From the NCBI RefSeq assembly GCF_001194135.2, contig NC_069003.1:25727661-25762431 (forward strand): a stretch of 34,771 nt of DNA, written 5' to 3'. Below the pieces are notes generated by a model that worked only from the letters and a program-made list of their open reading frames with translations, did not search any database and had not been told where the DNA came from. This DNA is from Octopus bimaculoides. Lineage: Eukaryota. A program made the position numbers and the translations under genes. Positions 14,471-25,334 of the stretch are shown piece after piece (positions within the stretch are counted from its first letter, which is position 1; every line of letters begins with the position of its first letter).

Positions 14471-14780
14471 TGGCCTAGAGACCCCCATTGTTGAATCTCT
14501 CTTCGCGCGCACATAAAGCAAAACTTAAAACAAATTCATATACGCACCATACGCACATATATACGCACACATAGTAAAAAATGTTATATATGTGCATAAA
14601 ATAAGAAAAAACAATAAAATAAGAAAAAACAAAACGATACATTATTAATTAATATGTGTTAATTATGGATGGATTAATAAAGATTAAACCTTTCCATTGC
14701 CAAAAATAAAATTTGATCATCCTCTAAAATAAAAAGAATAAATAACCACAAACTGGTAATTTTACTTTGTTTTTTTTTAT

Positions 14781-15075
14781 ATTATTATTATTATCGTTCA
14801 GTAGTTTTATTTTTATAACGTGCTTTCACTTCACTACCGAGCGCAGCTCTGTGTGCCTTGGGTATGTGCTGTGGTTTGCTGTGATGCTCTTATGGTTACT
14901 GTATTGAAAGTGTTTTACGTAGGATGTGTGCAGTGCCCAGTAGTGCAATTTTCTGTATGTTATATATATTTGTAAGTCCTGGTGTTTTTGTTATGTATTT
15001 GTCTGAATATTTTTTTTATTATACCTAAGGGTGCCTATGATAGGAATTGTTTCTGTTTTTAGATTCCACACCTCC
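14781..15075 (-). mobile_element. 3' end of an R4/Dong-like non-LTR retrotransposon with (AAT)n tail
   Basis: Minus strand: EVWNLKTETIPII..LGIIKKYSDKYITKTPGLTNIYNIQKIALLGTAHILRKTLSIQ*, then a short 3'UTR and aataataat tail. LGTAHILRK is the typical R4-type C-terminus. Confidence 0.7.
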
Positions 15076-15084
15076 GCTCTGATA

Positions 15085-15530
15085 GTGGTGAGCAGAGATA
15101 AGGTCCGTGGGCCGAGNNNNNNNNNNNNNNNNNNNNNNNNNNNNNNNNNNNNNNNNNNNNNNNNNNNNNNNNNNNNNNNNNNNNNNNNNNNNNNNNNNNN
15201 NNNNNNNNNNNNNNNNNNNNNNNNNNNNNNNNNNNNNNNNNNNNNNNNNNNNNNNNNNNNNNNNNNNNNNNNNNNNNNNNNNNNNNNNNNNNNNNNNNNN
15301 NNNNNNNNNNNNNNNNNNNNNNNNNNNNNNNNNNNNNNNNNNNNNNNNNNNNNNNNNNNNNNNNNNNNNNNNNNNNNNNNNNNNNNNNNNNNNNNNNNNA
15401 GGTTCCACAGCATGTGACATCCCAAATGAGGGGGCCTATCACCACGGAACAGGAAAATTGTCATACCGTCAGGCCTTTTACCGTCCCCTCGGTCTAGCTC
15501 CGCTGGCTCGCTCTGGAAAGGGAAGCCTGC
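15085..15530 (-). mobile_element. Restriction-like-endonuclease domain remnant of a CRE-like non-LTR element (spans an N gap)
   Basis: SAAGFPFQSEPAELDRGDGKRPDGMTIFLFRGDRP(+1 frameshift)LIWDVTCCGT matches the EPxGLxRxDGKRPDGxT..WDxT RLE motif. Confidence 0.75.
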
Positions 15531-15898
15531 AGCGGAATGATGTAGTGAGAGGGGCCTCGGCTTGGACTCTGGTGAATACAGAGACAGAGGTGGCAGGATA
15601 AAGGTTAAGGGGCGAGTAAAAAGTCAAGAGCTTTTGTGGGGTGGCCGGATTAGTGAGGGTGGTGGAGGAATACTAAGCAAGTACGGAATGGTACGGAGAG
15701 TTAAGAATAGCAAACCATTCTTCTCTGACACCCATGGAATTAGTGTTTGGGGAAGAATGCAAGATCGATGGACGGCTGTGTCTATTGAAGTCTTTGAGGA
15801 GGATGAATTCATGAGGGGATGAGTTATTTTAAATATAATACAAATAGTAAGAACTTCAGCAACGATTATAGTCACAGTTTTTAGAGGAAGTAATTCGT

Positions 15899-16055
15899 CG
15901 ATAGCATCGGCACCAGTACTTGTCTGCTACTTTTATCGACCCCCTGGAGGGATAAAGGACAAAGGTCACCTCGGCAGGATTTGAACGCAGAATGTAAAGA
16001 ACCAGAACAAATACCGTACGACGTTTCTTTCGACGCTAAAACGATTCTGCCAATC
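15899..16055 (-). mobile_element. Diverged SINE family B copy
   Basis: Core ttttatcgacccc and B-box region recognisable. Confidence 0.7.
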
Positions 16056-16575
16056 CATCGTCCTAACAACAGCAGCAACATCTACAGCAACAACAACAAT
16101 AACAATATAAAAATAACAATAACTGGCAACGACAACAACAATAATTGCTTCTTTATTTGCCACAAGGGCAACGATGAGGGAATATTACACGTATGAGTGA
16201 CAAAAAAACGGTGGAAGTGAAAAGAGATGATGCAGAACTAATTTTGAAACAAGCTGGCAACGAAAAACAGCTACAACGGACCAACGAAGGAACCTTACAA
16301 AGCTAGAATTACCCACAATGCCAAGTGTGTGTTGCCTCTCTTAGCTAAAGGGGCTACTTCGAAACCTGCGACTGTTCTACTTTGGTTATAAATTCATATT
16401 TATGCCAATAAATACTCGTACATATGCCTTTCGAAAAGCGAAGATCTTCAGGCGAAGAAAGCGAGCAGCTAGCACAACGTTCACAAACGTAACCTGTTTG
16501 CGTAACAGTAAAAATATACGAGAATTCTTCAGCGTTCAACATTTTACATTTCGTTGTTGTTATTTCAGTTTCCAG

Positions 16576-16618
16576 TGATGGAGAATTGTTCATTTGTCAG
16601 AAACTAGGTTTTTTCTTT
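16576..16618 (+). CDS. Candidate upstream exon of the acidic-protein gene (DGELFICQKLGFFF)
   Basis: Pyrimidine tract with acceptors at 16568/16575; donor TTT|GTAAGA at 16619, phase 0, compatible with the acceptor at 17295. No homology support. Confidence 0.3.
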
Positions 16619-17294
16619 GTAAGAATTCAAANNNNNNNNNNNNNNNNNNNNNNNNNNNNNNNNNNNNNNNNNNNNNNNNNNNNNNNNNNNNNNNNNNNNN
16701 NNNNNNNNNNNNNNNNNNNNNNNNNNNNNNNNNNNNNNNNNNNNNNNNNNNNNNNNNNNNNNNNNNNNNNNNNNNNNNNNNNNNNNNNNNNNNNNNNNNN
16801 NNNNNNNNNNNNNNNNNNNNNNNNNNNNNNNNNNNNNNNNNNNNNNNNNNNNNNNNNNNNNNNNNNNNNNNNNNNNNNNNNNNNNNNNNNNNNNNNNNNN
16901 NNNNNNNNNNNNNNNNNNNNNNNNNNNNNNNNNNNNNNNNNNNNNNNNNNNNNNNNNNNNNNNNNNNNNNNNNNNNNNNNNNNNNNNNNNNNNNNNNNNN
17001 NNNNNNNNNNNNNNNNNNNNNNNNNNNNNNNNNNNNNNNNNNNNNNNNNNNNNNNNNNNNNNNNNNNNNNNNNNNNNNNNNNNNNNNNNNNNNNNNNNNN
17101 NNNNNNNNNNNNNNNNNNNNNNNNNNNNNNNNNNNNNNNNNNNNNNNNNNNNNNNNNNNNNNNNNNNNNNNNNNNNNNNNNNNNNNNNNNNNNACACACA
17201 CACACTTGAGTGTTGCATAAACAAATAAGTTATCAAGTTTTTTTCTTTCTTTATTCCTTTCTTTGTATTTTTTCTTTAATTTTCTTTTCAAAAG

Positions 17295-19226
17295 ATTTTG
17301 GTTGATGATGCCTATGATGACCTGGTACCAGACAGTTACAAAAACAATAACAACACCACCGCCACCACCACCACCACAACCAACAGCAGCAGCAGCAACA
17401 ACAACAACAACGGGAAGAAAGATGAGGTCAAGAGGAAAAGTAGGTCAGGGGAAATCTCCCTAGTAAAACCCGATGTAGACATAAGCTCAGAAAAAAACCG
17501 AACTCGAAAACTTTTTGAATTCGGTCGAAATAAAAGACAATTTGAAAGAAACCTGCAAGATCGCAAGAAGCGTGAACTCTTCTTAAAAAGTCGGCATTTA
17601 AGCTGTGAGTTCTTCACCTCGCTGAAGAATCCATATTGTGAGAATATGGCTGATATTTATCAATGTAATGTAGAAAGCGGATTTATTCTTGATGAGATTA
17701 ACAGAGTTATGGAAAATCTGTTCCAATTTCTGGATGCCGGCCTCAGTAAAGAAAGAGACGGCTTGGAATTTGCCAACGGCAACAATTTAACTTCCAAAGA
17801 TACTGCATGCAGTGAGATCCTTCGTTGCAGAGAACTTGGGTCTCTTCAGGATTCAACTCAAAATCTCGGAGAAAATCAAACGCATTCTGTTTCTCTGAGC
17901 GAAGAATTTCCAAGAATTGATGTTTATACAGACGCGGAGGAGGACGGTAAAGAGAGTGATTTGGAGGACGAGATTGGTATAAGGGTTGATACAGAGATAA
18001 AAGATGGCGAAGATGATACCATATCGTATTCTGATGACTATTCACTCGAATTCAATCGCAGCACTCACTTGGACATATTAGATCAAACCATGTTTAGTAC
18101 GTATTCCAATTCAGTTAGCAGCCTTAGAGAAGAGATATGTGAACGGTTGGATAGCTGCCAGACAGTGAGTTCTTACGTGTCAGCAGATGAAAATATCAAT
18201 GATAACACTGAAAACGACAGTGATGAAGCAGAGTATGCTGGGTCCTGCACCAGTAAGAATATCTCTGATAGTGCTACTAACCGGACCTACACATGTAATT
18301 ATGTCCCCAAAATAGTCAAAGAAAAGGATAAACATGAGGAAATTGTAGTTAATGATGAATATAACGACGACGACGACGACGACGACGATGATGATGCTAA
18401 TTATGACGATCTTAGTTTTGATAATGAAACAGACGCGACTGAAATCGACGAAAACGTGTTTGCAGACGACAACGTGTTTGCAGACGACAACGTGTTTGCA
18501 GACGACAACGTATTTGCAGACGACAACAACGACTACGATAATGATATGGGTGTCATCTGTGAAGATTTAGTGTTTCATCCGAACTCAAAGCATTCCGATA
18601 GTCCAAATGCCGAAGAAAGAAATGACGTAAATGTTGAATTATTGGCAATCAAAGAAAAACAACCAATGGTAAAGTTTGAGTTGGAATCGATAAATGAGGA
18701 AACATTAGAAAGTAAGAGTAACGAGATTCTAGAAATGGAGAACGAGGCAGCCGAAATGAAGAAAATAGCTGTACAAATTAAACACTGGGCTGAAAAAATT
18801 GAAAAGGTGGTTGTAAAAATTGAAAGCGAGGTTGTAAAAATTGAAAACGTGACTGAAGAAATTGGACAAAATATAGAACAAGATGTATATATGGAAACAA
18901 AGGATGAAGAAATCCAAAACAACTCTGAAGTAATTAGAAAAGATGATCAAAACGATAATGAGTTGGTAGAAAATGAAAGCAAAACTGTTCAAGTAGAATA
19001 CGATTGTAGTGAGATTGACATGAAGGAGACAAATTCTGTTTGGTTAACAGATGACGAAAGGGAATTAATTGCATCGCAGAGTCGAATGGAATTCTTGGAA
19101 GAATTGTCTGTAAATTACAGCATTCTTCAACGATTCTTGCTGATAAGCGATGATCCTACAACAGGAGCAATGATATTACCTGTTGTTCGTTGGATGTGGG
19201 ATATTTTTAAACGAATGCAATATTAG
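17295..19226 (+). CDS. Large coding exon of an unidentified acidic low-complexity protein (643 codons + stop); probably the last coding exon
   Basis: 1.9 kb open frame in AT-rich DNA, preceded by a long polypyrimidine tract and AAG| acceptor at 17294. The first in-frame Met is ~117 codons in, so splicing is implied. Poly-N/T/S/D runs; basic N-terminal part, D/E-rich body. No family recognised. Confidence 0.8.
   Translation: MLVDDAYDDLVPDSYKNNNNTTATTTTTTNSSSSNNNNNGKKDEVKRKSRSGEISLVKPDVDISSEKNRTRKLFEFGRNKRQFERNLQDRKKRELFLKSRHLSCEFFTSLKNPYCENMADIYQCNVESGFILDEINRVMENLFQFLDAGLSKERDGLEFANGNNLTSKDTACSEILRCRELGSLQDSTQNLGENQTHSVSLSEEFPRIDVYTDAEEDGKESDLEDEIGIRVDTEIKDGEDDTISYSDDYSLEFNRSTHLDILDQTMFSTYSNSVSSLREEICERLDSCQTVSSYVSADENINDNTENDSDEAEYAGSCTSKNISDSATNRTYTCNYVPKIVKEKDKHEEIVVNDEYNDDDDDDDDDDANYDDLSFDNETDATEIDENVFADDNVFADDNVFADDNVFADDNNDYDNDMGVICEDLVFHPNSKHSDSPNAEERNDVNVELLAIKEKQPMVKFELESINEETLESKSNEILEMENEAAEMKKIAVQIKHWAEKIEKVVVKIESEVVKIENVTEEIGQNIEQDVYMETKDEEIQNNSEVIRKDDQNDNELVENESKTVQVEYDCSEIDMKETNSVWLTDDERELIASQSRMEFLEELSVNYSILQRFLLISDDPTTGAMILPVVRWMWDIFKRMQY
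18453..18524 (+). repeat. Coding 18-bp tandem repeat x4 (NVFADD)
   Basis: aacgtgtttgcagacgac x3 plus aacgtatttgcagacgac. Confidence 0.95.
18795..18857 (+). repeat. Coding 21-bp (heptad) tandem repeat x3 (KIEKVVV/KIESEVV/KIENVTE)
   Basis: Units of the form aaaattgaaa...gttgta repeated in frame. Confidence 0.85.
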
Positions 19227-19558
19227 GGACGAAGAACTGAAATAATTTTTTAGTGGGGGGTGCCTAGTGGAAATGACTGTGTGAGTAAGCTGTTAGTTTC
19301 TTAACAACATTAACTCTTGGAGGCTTCCAAGTGGCCTTCGGAATATCTATTTAACAATCAATTAATTTATTCTATGCATTTTATGAACAATGATATCATT
19401 GGTTATAAGTTTATAACGAGTTAATCATTGCTTCAATGCAGTTTTGAGAATAACAAAGGAGTGTCTGTACATATCAGGCGGAATAAATGCCACAAGGTAT
19501 TTTTGTTCGAGATACCGGTTTAACGGTTTTCTTATTGATGTATATATTTCACACACAC

Positions 19559-19584
<26 letters not shown>

Positions 19585-19589
<5 letters not shown>

Positions 19590-19725
19590 CAACGGTCTTC
19601 CGTCTATCAAATTATTTCAATGACAAAGCATTAGTGAATTCGAAGCTATGTGCTGTGTAGTGAAATCGAACCCGAGGCTACATGGCTACCAAGCAAACTT
19701 GTTAATCTCATAGCCATGCCTGCAC
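19585..19725 (-). mobile_element. Diverged SINE family C 5' half
   Basis: tagtgaaatcgaacccgaggctacatggctaccaagcaaacttgttaatctcatagccatgcctgc. Confidence 0.65.
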
Positions 19726-20871
19726 TTGGAGAAGAATTAGCTGTTTTGAAAGCCAATGGGCAGTCGTGGGATCTAATTGACACAACTAATTGATTAAAAT
19801 CGTGTCATCACAATTTAATTAGCTTGATTCAATTAGTTTTGGTGATGGTGAGGAACTGCAAGCATATTGGATTAATGTAACACCACTAGAGATTTCATCT
19901 TTGTAGATTTTGAGTAAATCATCCTGAAAAAGCTAACTCCTCTCCAAGCCGGCTTCATCCAAGAGGTTATAAAAAAGCGCGCCCGATGCTGTCCACATCA
20001 TTTACTGACATCTAAGCATGTCTTTAGGTGAAATGAAAATAAATATTCAATAATTGACTAAGTAAATGGAAATAAAACATTGAAACAAATTGCTGTTGAT
20101 CAATAATTTATTAATCGAACTAGAAAATGCCTTAAGTATGCAAGTCGTTCTCTCTGTTATATTTTAAAATTAAAAAAAAAATTTTCTAAGTAATAAATTT
20201 GTTTATAAGCAGTGTCTCCATGGACAAGTGAAGAAAGTTCTTTATCGCTGATGAAACACCAACACAAGATTGTGGCTCACCTGGCTGATCCACATGATTA
20301 AAACTATTCTTTTTCTTTTTGTCGACGAAAATTCACTCAATACGTTTATGTAGAGTATATACATATTTTTCAAGGAAATAGTTGACAGTGACTTTACCGT
20401 TCGTTGGCTTCATAACACTGAAATGCTTATATATATATATNNNNNNNNNNATATATATATATATAATACAAAAATGGGACAAGAGCACAAAACATCCAAA
20501 CAGTTAGGTGAAACAAAAAGGGACAACAAAAGATCCAGACAGACGATACAAGGAAAACAAGGACGGGTCATTTGGAGTTTTCAATCCTCAGTCGAGTTCC
20601 ATATTATCTTTGCAATTTCAGCTGGTTAAACTCGAGCTTGCTTCAATCTGGTCAGCCCCAAGGAAAAAATAAGCTAAGAGCATTACACTCCTTGGAATTC
20701 AAAAGAATTTTTAAAGTTTTATTTATATTCTTATAAAATTAATGTAGGATATAAAATATGGAATATATAGTATATATAGTAAAATGAAATGAAGTGTTGA
20801 ATGTCTTATTGAATAAATGAAATATTGAATATTAAATATTAAATATTAGAGTCCTCTAATATTTAATATTT

Positions 20872-21030
20872 AATTTTGTACAAGTCCAGCAATTACGAGG
20901 GAGGGCGTAAGTCGATTACATCAACTCCAGTATTCAACTGGTACTTATTTTATCAACCCCCCCCCCCCCNNNNNNNNNNNNNNNNNNNNNNCCAACAGGA
21001 TGAAAGGCAAAGTCAACCTCTGCGACATTT
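20872..21030 (-). mobile_element. Partial SINE family B copy
   Basis: gtcgattacatcaactccagtattcaactggtacttattttatcaacccc...ggatgaaaggcaaagtc. Confidence 0.75.
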
Positions 21031-21158
21031 GCTTGCATAATGAAGACGTCACTGTGAGTACACACCACCCCCAACTCAACGCTCTCAAATACGAATTATA
21101 CTACATATGTAACGAGGATTGATGTTATCATGGGCTTCGCACATGCGCACGCTACGTG

Positions 21159-21478
21159 AAGACGCACGACTTCATGGTTAGGGTATTCGGCTCACGATCT
21201 TAAGATCGTGAATTCAATTTCCGGTGACGCGTTGTGTCCTGAGCAAGACACTTTATTTCACATTGTTCCAGCTCACTTAGATGGCTAAGATGAGTACCTG
21301 TAATTCAAAGGGGTCAACCTTATCACATTCTGTGTCTCGCTGAATCTCCTCCAGAACTTGCATTAATGGTACACGTATCTGTGGAGTGCTCAGCCACTTG
21401 CATGTTAATTTCATGAGTAGGCTGTTCCATTGATGGGATCAATCTGGACCCTCGTCGTCGCACCGACGGAGTGCCAGT
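21159..21478 (+). mobile_element. SINE family A2 copy
   Basis: Colinear similarity to 13815-14134. Confidence 0.85.
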
Positions 21479-22741
21479 TCTCCTTATTACACTACGCCAC
21501 AGGAATAATGAGGATTATGGTCATCAAGGGCTGAAAGGTAATATACACATTATATAGTGAGATTAAAGGTAACCAAATCATGAACTAAAAGGAACTGAAA
21601 TACATCCAGTATAACTTCACCAACAATAAATTATCATACATTACACACACGCACACACACACACGAATATAGATATTACCTTTTGGTATTAATACTGCTT
21701 GTGTCACTAATAGTTATTTTTTAATAAAGGCCATTGGCTTCTTGCGGCACCAAGGCCTGATTAGACACTATGATTCTTTCGTATAAATGGCGAGTGGCAC
21801 AGTCGCTGTTATTTCCAGCGGTCAGGTATCTACCATCGACAAGGCCAAGGTCTACTGATATCACGTTGATCTGATAGTCTCGGCAGCAGCGATAACGGTG
21901 ATTGTCTCCCGCTAGTGATGTAAACAAGAGTGCTTATATGCATCACACGACCGTATGAGAGGTTCTCTCGTGTTAACCACCGCAGCATTCTGTGTTCTAG
22001 CACAATTTCCGCTTTTAAGTGGTGACAAATATTACACACATANNNNNNNNNNNNNNNNNNNNNNNNNNNNNNNNNNNNNNNNNNNNNNNNNNNNNNNNNN
22101 NNNNNNNNNNNNNNNNNNNNNNNNNNNNNNNNNNNNNNNNNNNNNNNNNNNNNNNNNNNNNNNNNNNNNNNNNNNNNNNNNNNNNNNNNNNNNNNNNNNN
22201 NNNNNNNNNNNNNNNNNNNNNNNNNNNNNNNNNNNNNNNNNNNNCTCTCTCTCTCTTTCTCTCTTTTCCATATTTAAAACATCAACCGTATAAAACAAGG
22301 ACAAGTTCAGATCTGACTTTGGGCTACACAACAACACGGGGACAAGAAACATGACAGCTCCATCTACTGAAAAATTGGAGAAATTGATAAAGTACTGGGC
22401 CAACAAATTGATACAAATAATGTTTTATGTTCAGAATTTTCAAGTGTTGAGGAACATCCAGTGCCCCCCTCTGATCGAGTCCATCTTCGTGGCTTCTACC
22501 GGGGTAGAAAAACATACAGAAACAAAATGGACAACGGATAGAGTACATTATTTCTATATTGCATCCCACTGAACTCCTTATTATAAATCTCAGCACATCG
22601 ACCTTCAACTAGGGGGAGGAATTCTATGTCTGGAAGAATAAATCGGTGGATCACATCTCATCATTTGATCGAGTAAGCGGCGTGTCTTAGGCCTTCTCTA
22701 TCAACACTGACCATCAGCTGTATGATGACGAGCAGCAAAAA

Positions 22742-22786
<45 letters not shown>

Positions 22787-22890
22787 GCAGAACAACAACA
22801 ACACTCGCAGCAACAGAAATACGGATGGTAGGATACACACAAACTACCTCATAACTTTTAAACAATTAAAGACAACCTAAAAACTATATA

Positions 22891-23115
22891 CAGTAATCCC
22901 TCGACTATCGCGGGGGTGTTACGTTCCAAAATCCCCGCGATAGGTGAAGATCCGTGAAGTAGAAACAATACTTACTGTATGTTTTTTTTAAAAATTATTT
23001 TTNNNNNNNNNNATGCAAAAAAAAAAAAAAAACCCCCAAAAATCCACAAAGGAATCGACATAAGCTTAAATAATAAACCGTGATATGTGAACCGCGATAT
23101 GGCGATGGACTACTG
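22891..23115. mobile_element. pogo/Tigger-like MITE
   Basis: TA|CAGTAATCCCTCGACTATCGCG ... CGCGATATGGCGATGGACTACTG|TA; imperfect TIRs and TA target duplication. Confidence 0.85.
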
Positions 23116-23185
23116 TAAGTGAAATGGTCAGTAAATATTGAGGTGGTCAAAATATATATTCAAGTGGCCTGTAATTATTCAGTGT

Positions 23186-23481
23186 GAAGGCACGTGGCTT
23201 AGTGGTCAGGGTATTCGGATTACGATCATAAGGTCGTGACTTCGATACCTGACGGCGCATTGTGTCCTTGAGCAAGACACTTTATATCACGTTGCTGTCA
23301 AAAATGAGTTGTACCTGAAATTCAAAGGGTTAGCCTTGTCTCATTCTGTTTCATGCTGAATCTCCATGAGAACTACGTTAAGAGTATGCGTGTCTGTGGA
23401 GTGCACTTGCACATTAATTTCATCAGCTGGCTGTTATGTTAACTGGTTCAGCTGGAACACTCGTCGAACCGACGGAGTTCC
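23186..23481 (+). mobile_element. SINE family A2 copy
   Basis: Colinear similarity to 13815-14134. Confidence 0.85.
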
Positions 23482-24554
23482 ACTTATTCAGTTTAAATGC
23501 CTAATGATTCCAATACTGTTTTCTAAAATCCATTTGGTACATGTACAATATCTTCAAATATTTAGCGTTGTCAGAATAATATATAGCCATAATAAAGTAG
23601 AATTTCATAGACGGAAACTGTGTAGAAGCCTGTCTTCTGTTTAACTAATAACCTTAACTAGTCTTCAAGATTTGATGCAAAAAATAATACCCATTGTTTG
23701 ATATCAACTCGTATAATTTAATTATGGAGCTTGGTAAAAGTATCTGAATCATTCTCCAAAAATACAAATTCATATTTGGATTAAAGCGTAAAATGAGAAA
23801 GAAAAAAATATGGATGGACAGATTTTTTCTTGAAATAATACCAATTCTATCGAAAGTGATTTATTCTATCATATTTTTAATGACTTCCACAATGAGATAA
23901 ATTTAACCAGTAAACAAACTCTTGCCATCGTAAATACCTCAATTCTGGAGCCACAGGGATGTATTATTAATTTTTGCTTCCTTCAGCTACACACCGTGAA
24001 GGCGAATACTCCTTTCCCGCCTAACCGAAAGTCCCTTTTTTCGTCCGATCATCTCATTAGCTATCCTGCAGAGAAGTTCCTGTCTACAGTTCGTCTTTGA
24101 GATAGAGGCAGATACCTCATATGGATCTGTTTTCTTATTACCCATGCGGGCCAACATAGAAGTGTTGGCCCGCATATGGATCCTCATATGCGCATATGGA
24201 TCCGCATATGGATACCTCATATGGATCACTACCATCAACGACCCTTTTCTTTCCACCGCACATCCTTAATGCTGCGGTGGAGGTGGTGGTGGGGGTTCCT
24301 GACTTCTTAGATGAACGGAACAAAATACTGAAATACTGCAATTTGTCGGCAAATTACATTTTAAACCCCGAGGTGTCTCGGGTGTGGGCATTTAGGCGAA
24401 GACATTTTCGTCGTCGCCGTTCCGTCTCGCCGAAGTATCATGTGAATCTCATGATGGTGCTTAGCTGTTTCCAGTATCTCAGTCACGCTATCACTTTCAA
24501 TACTGTAGTGAGGGCTTTAGGGTTACCTCTAAAATAATTAGAGAACCGTATCGT

Positions 24555-24568
24555 CCGCCCACCATTGG
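24555..24568 (-). promoter_or_regulatory. GC box (CCGCCC) plus CCAAT box at the edge of a CpG-rich patch
   Basis: Adjacent motifs; 23990-24560 is visibly CpG/GC-enriched relative to its flanks. Confidence 0.35.
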
Positions 24569-24694
24569 AATGTGTAAATGAGGAAGTGTACATAGATGGA
24601 GCTTCCTTTTATCTATTTATTTATTTTATTTATTATTGTTATTATTTACTTTTCAAATTGGCGTCAGAAGTAAAGATATCTCGTGACTGGAACA

Positions 24695-24883
24695 CAGTAA
24701 TCCCTCGATTATCGCGGGTGTTACGTTCTAAAACATCCCGCGATAAGGGAAAATCCGCGAATTATTTTAATAATTTGAATATATTTATTATATTATATAT
24801 GCAAAACAACACCGTAGAGGAATCGACGTAAGCTTAAATAATAAACTCCGAAAGGTGAACCGCAATATGGCGAGGGATTCCTG
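24695..24883. mobile_element. Second copy of the same pogo/Tigger-like MITE, ~420 bp upstream of the URM1 ATG
   Basis: cagtaatccctcgattatcgcg ... cgcaatatggcgagggattcctg. Confidence 0.82.
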
Positions 24884-25220
24884 CATATGACATTTATCTG
24901 CATTGAAATTCATAGAATAAATGACCTTTTGTAATAAATAACTAGAGAAAACTTCGTATTGACAAGTGGAAAATTCGTAACCAAATTAATAAGAAATAGT
25001 AACTGATATGATTTGAATATCTGATTTAATGATTTTTCCTTTGAGTGCCTGGTATTAAATAAAACGTAATTCTGTTTTGACATACGTGAAATATCATAAT
25101 ATAAATCGTGTTGTGATTGCGTACAAATCATGTATGTCACTGAATAAAGCCATTTAAAATGAATTTAATTACTTTAATTGTTATTTTGTGGTATTTTCCT
25201 TGAGACTCGTTACATTTTTA

Positions 25221-25310
25221 CCGGAAAAAATGACTCAAGGGAGGTGACTCTCAACTGACTTGATTAAATCAAGGGAGGCAACTACGATTTATTTATTAAA
25301 ATATGGCGGA
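25221..25310 (+). promoter_or_regulatory. URM1 proximal promoter/5'UTR motifs (CCGGAA ETS-like, TGACTCA AP-1, AATATGGCGG YY1-like over the ATG)
   Basis: Motif matches only; the YY1-like site overlapping the start codon is common in housekeeping genes. Confidence 0.3.
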
Positions 25311-25334
25311 TCTTCCTGTCACGCTGGAATTCAG
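25303..25334 (+). CDS. URM1: URM1 (ubiquitin-related modifier 1) coding exon 1: MADLPVTLEF(S)
   Basis: ATG at 25303; donor AG|GTTTGT at 25335, phase 2. Joins exon 2 to give the URM1 motif LEFSGGAELLF. Confidence 0.93.

Noticed and set aside
16193-16306. 37-aa ORF MSDKKTVEVKRDDAELILKQAGNEK...
   Set aside because: Looks protein-like but is short, has no usable donor before its stop, and no homology is recognised.
17336-18992. Minus-strand and alternate-frame ORFs over the acidic exon
   Set aside because: Shadow ORFs of the 642-aa frame, low complexity.
22376-22540. Open stretch GEIDKVLGQQIDTNNVLCSEF...RKTYRNKMDNG*
   Set aside because: In-frame stop just upstream, no good acceptor, no recognisable homology.
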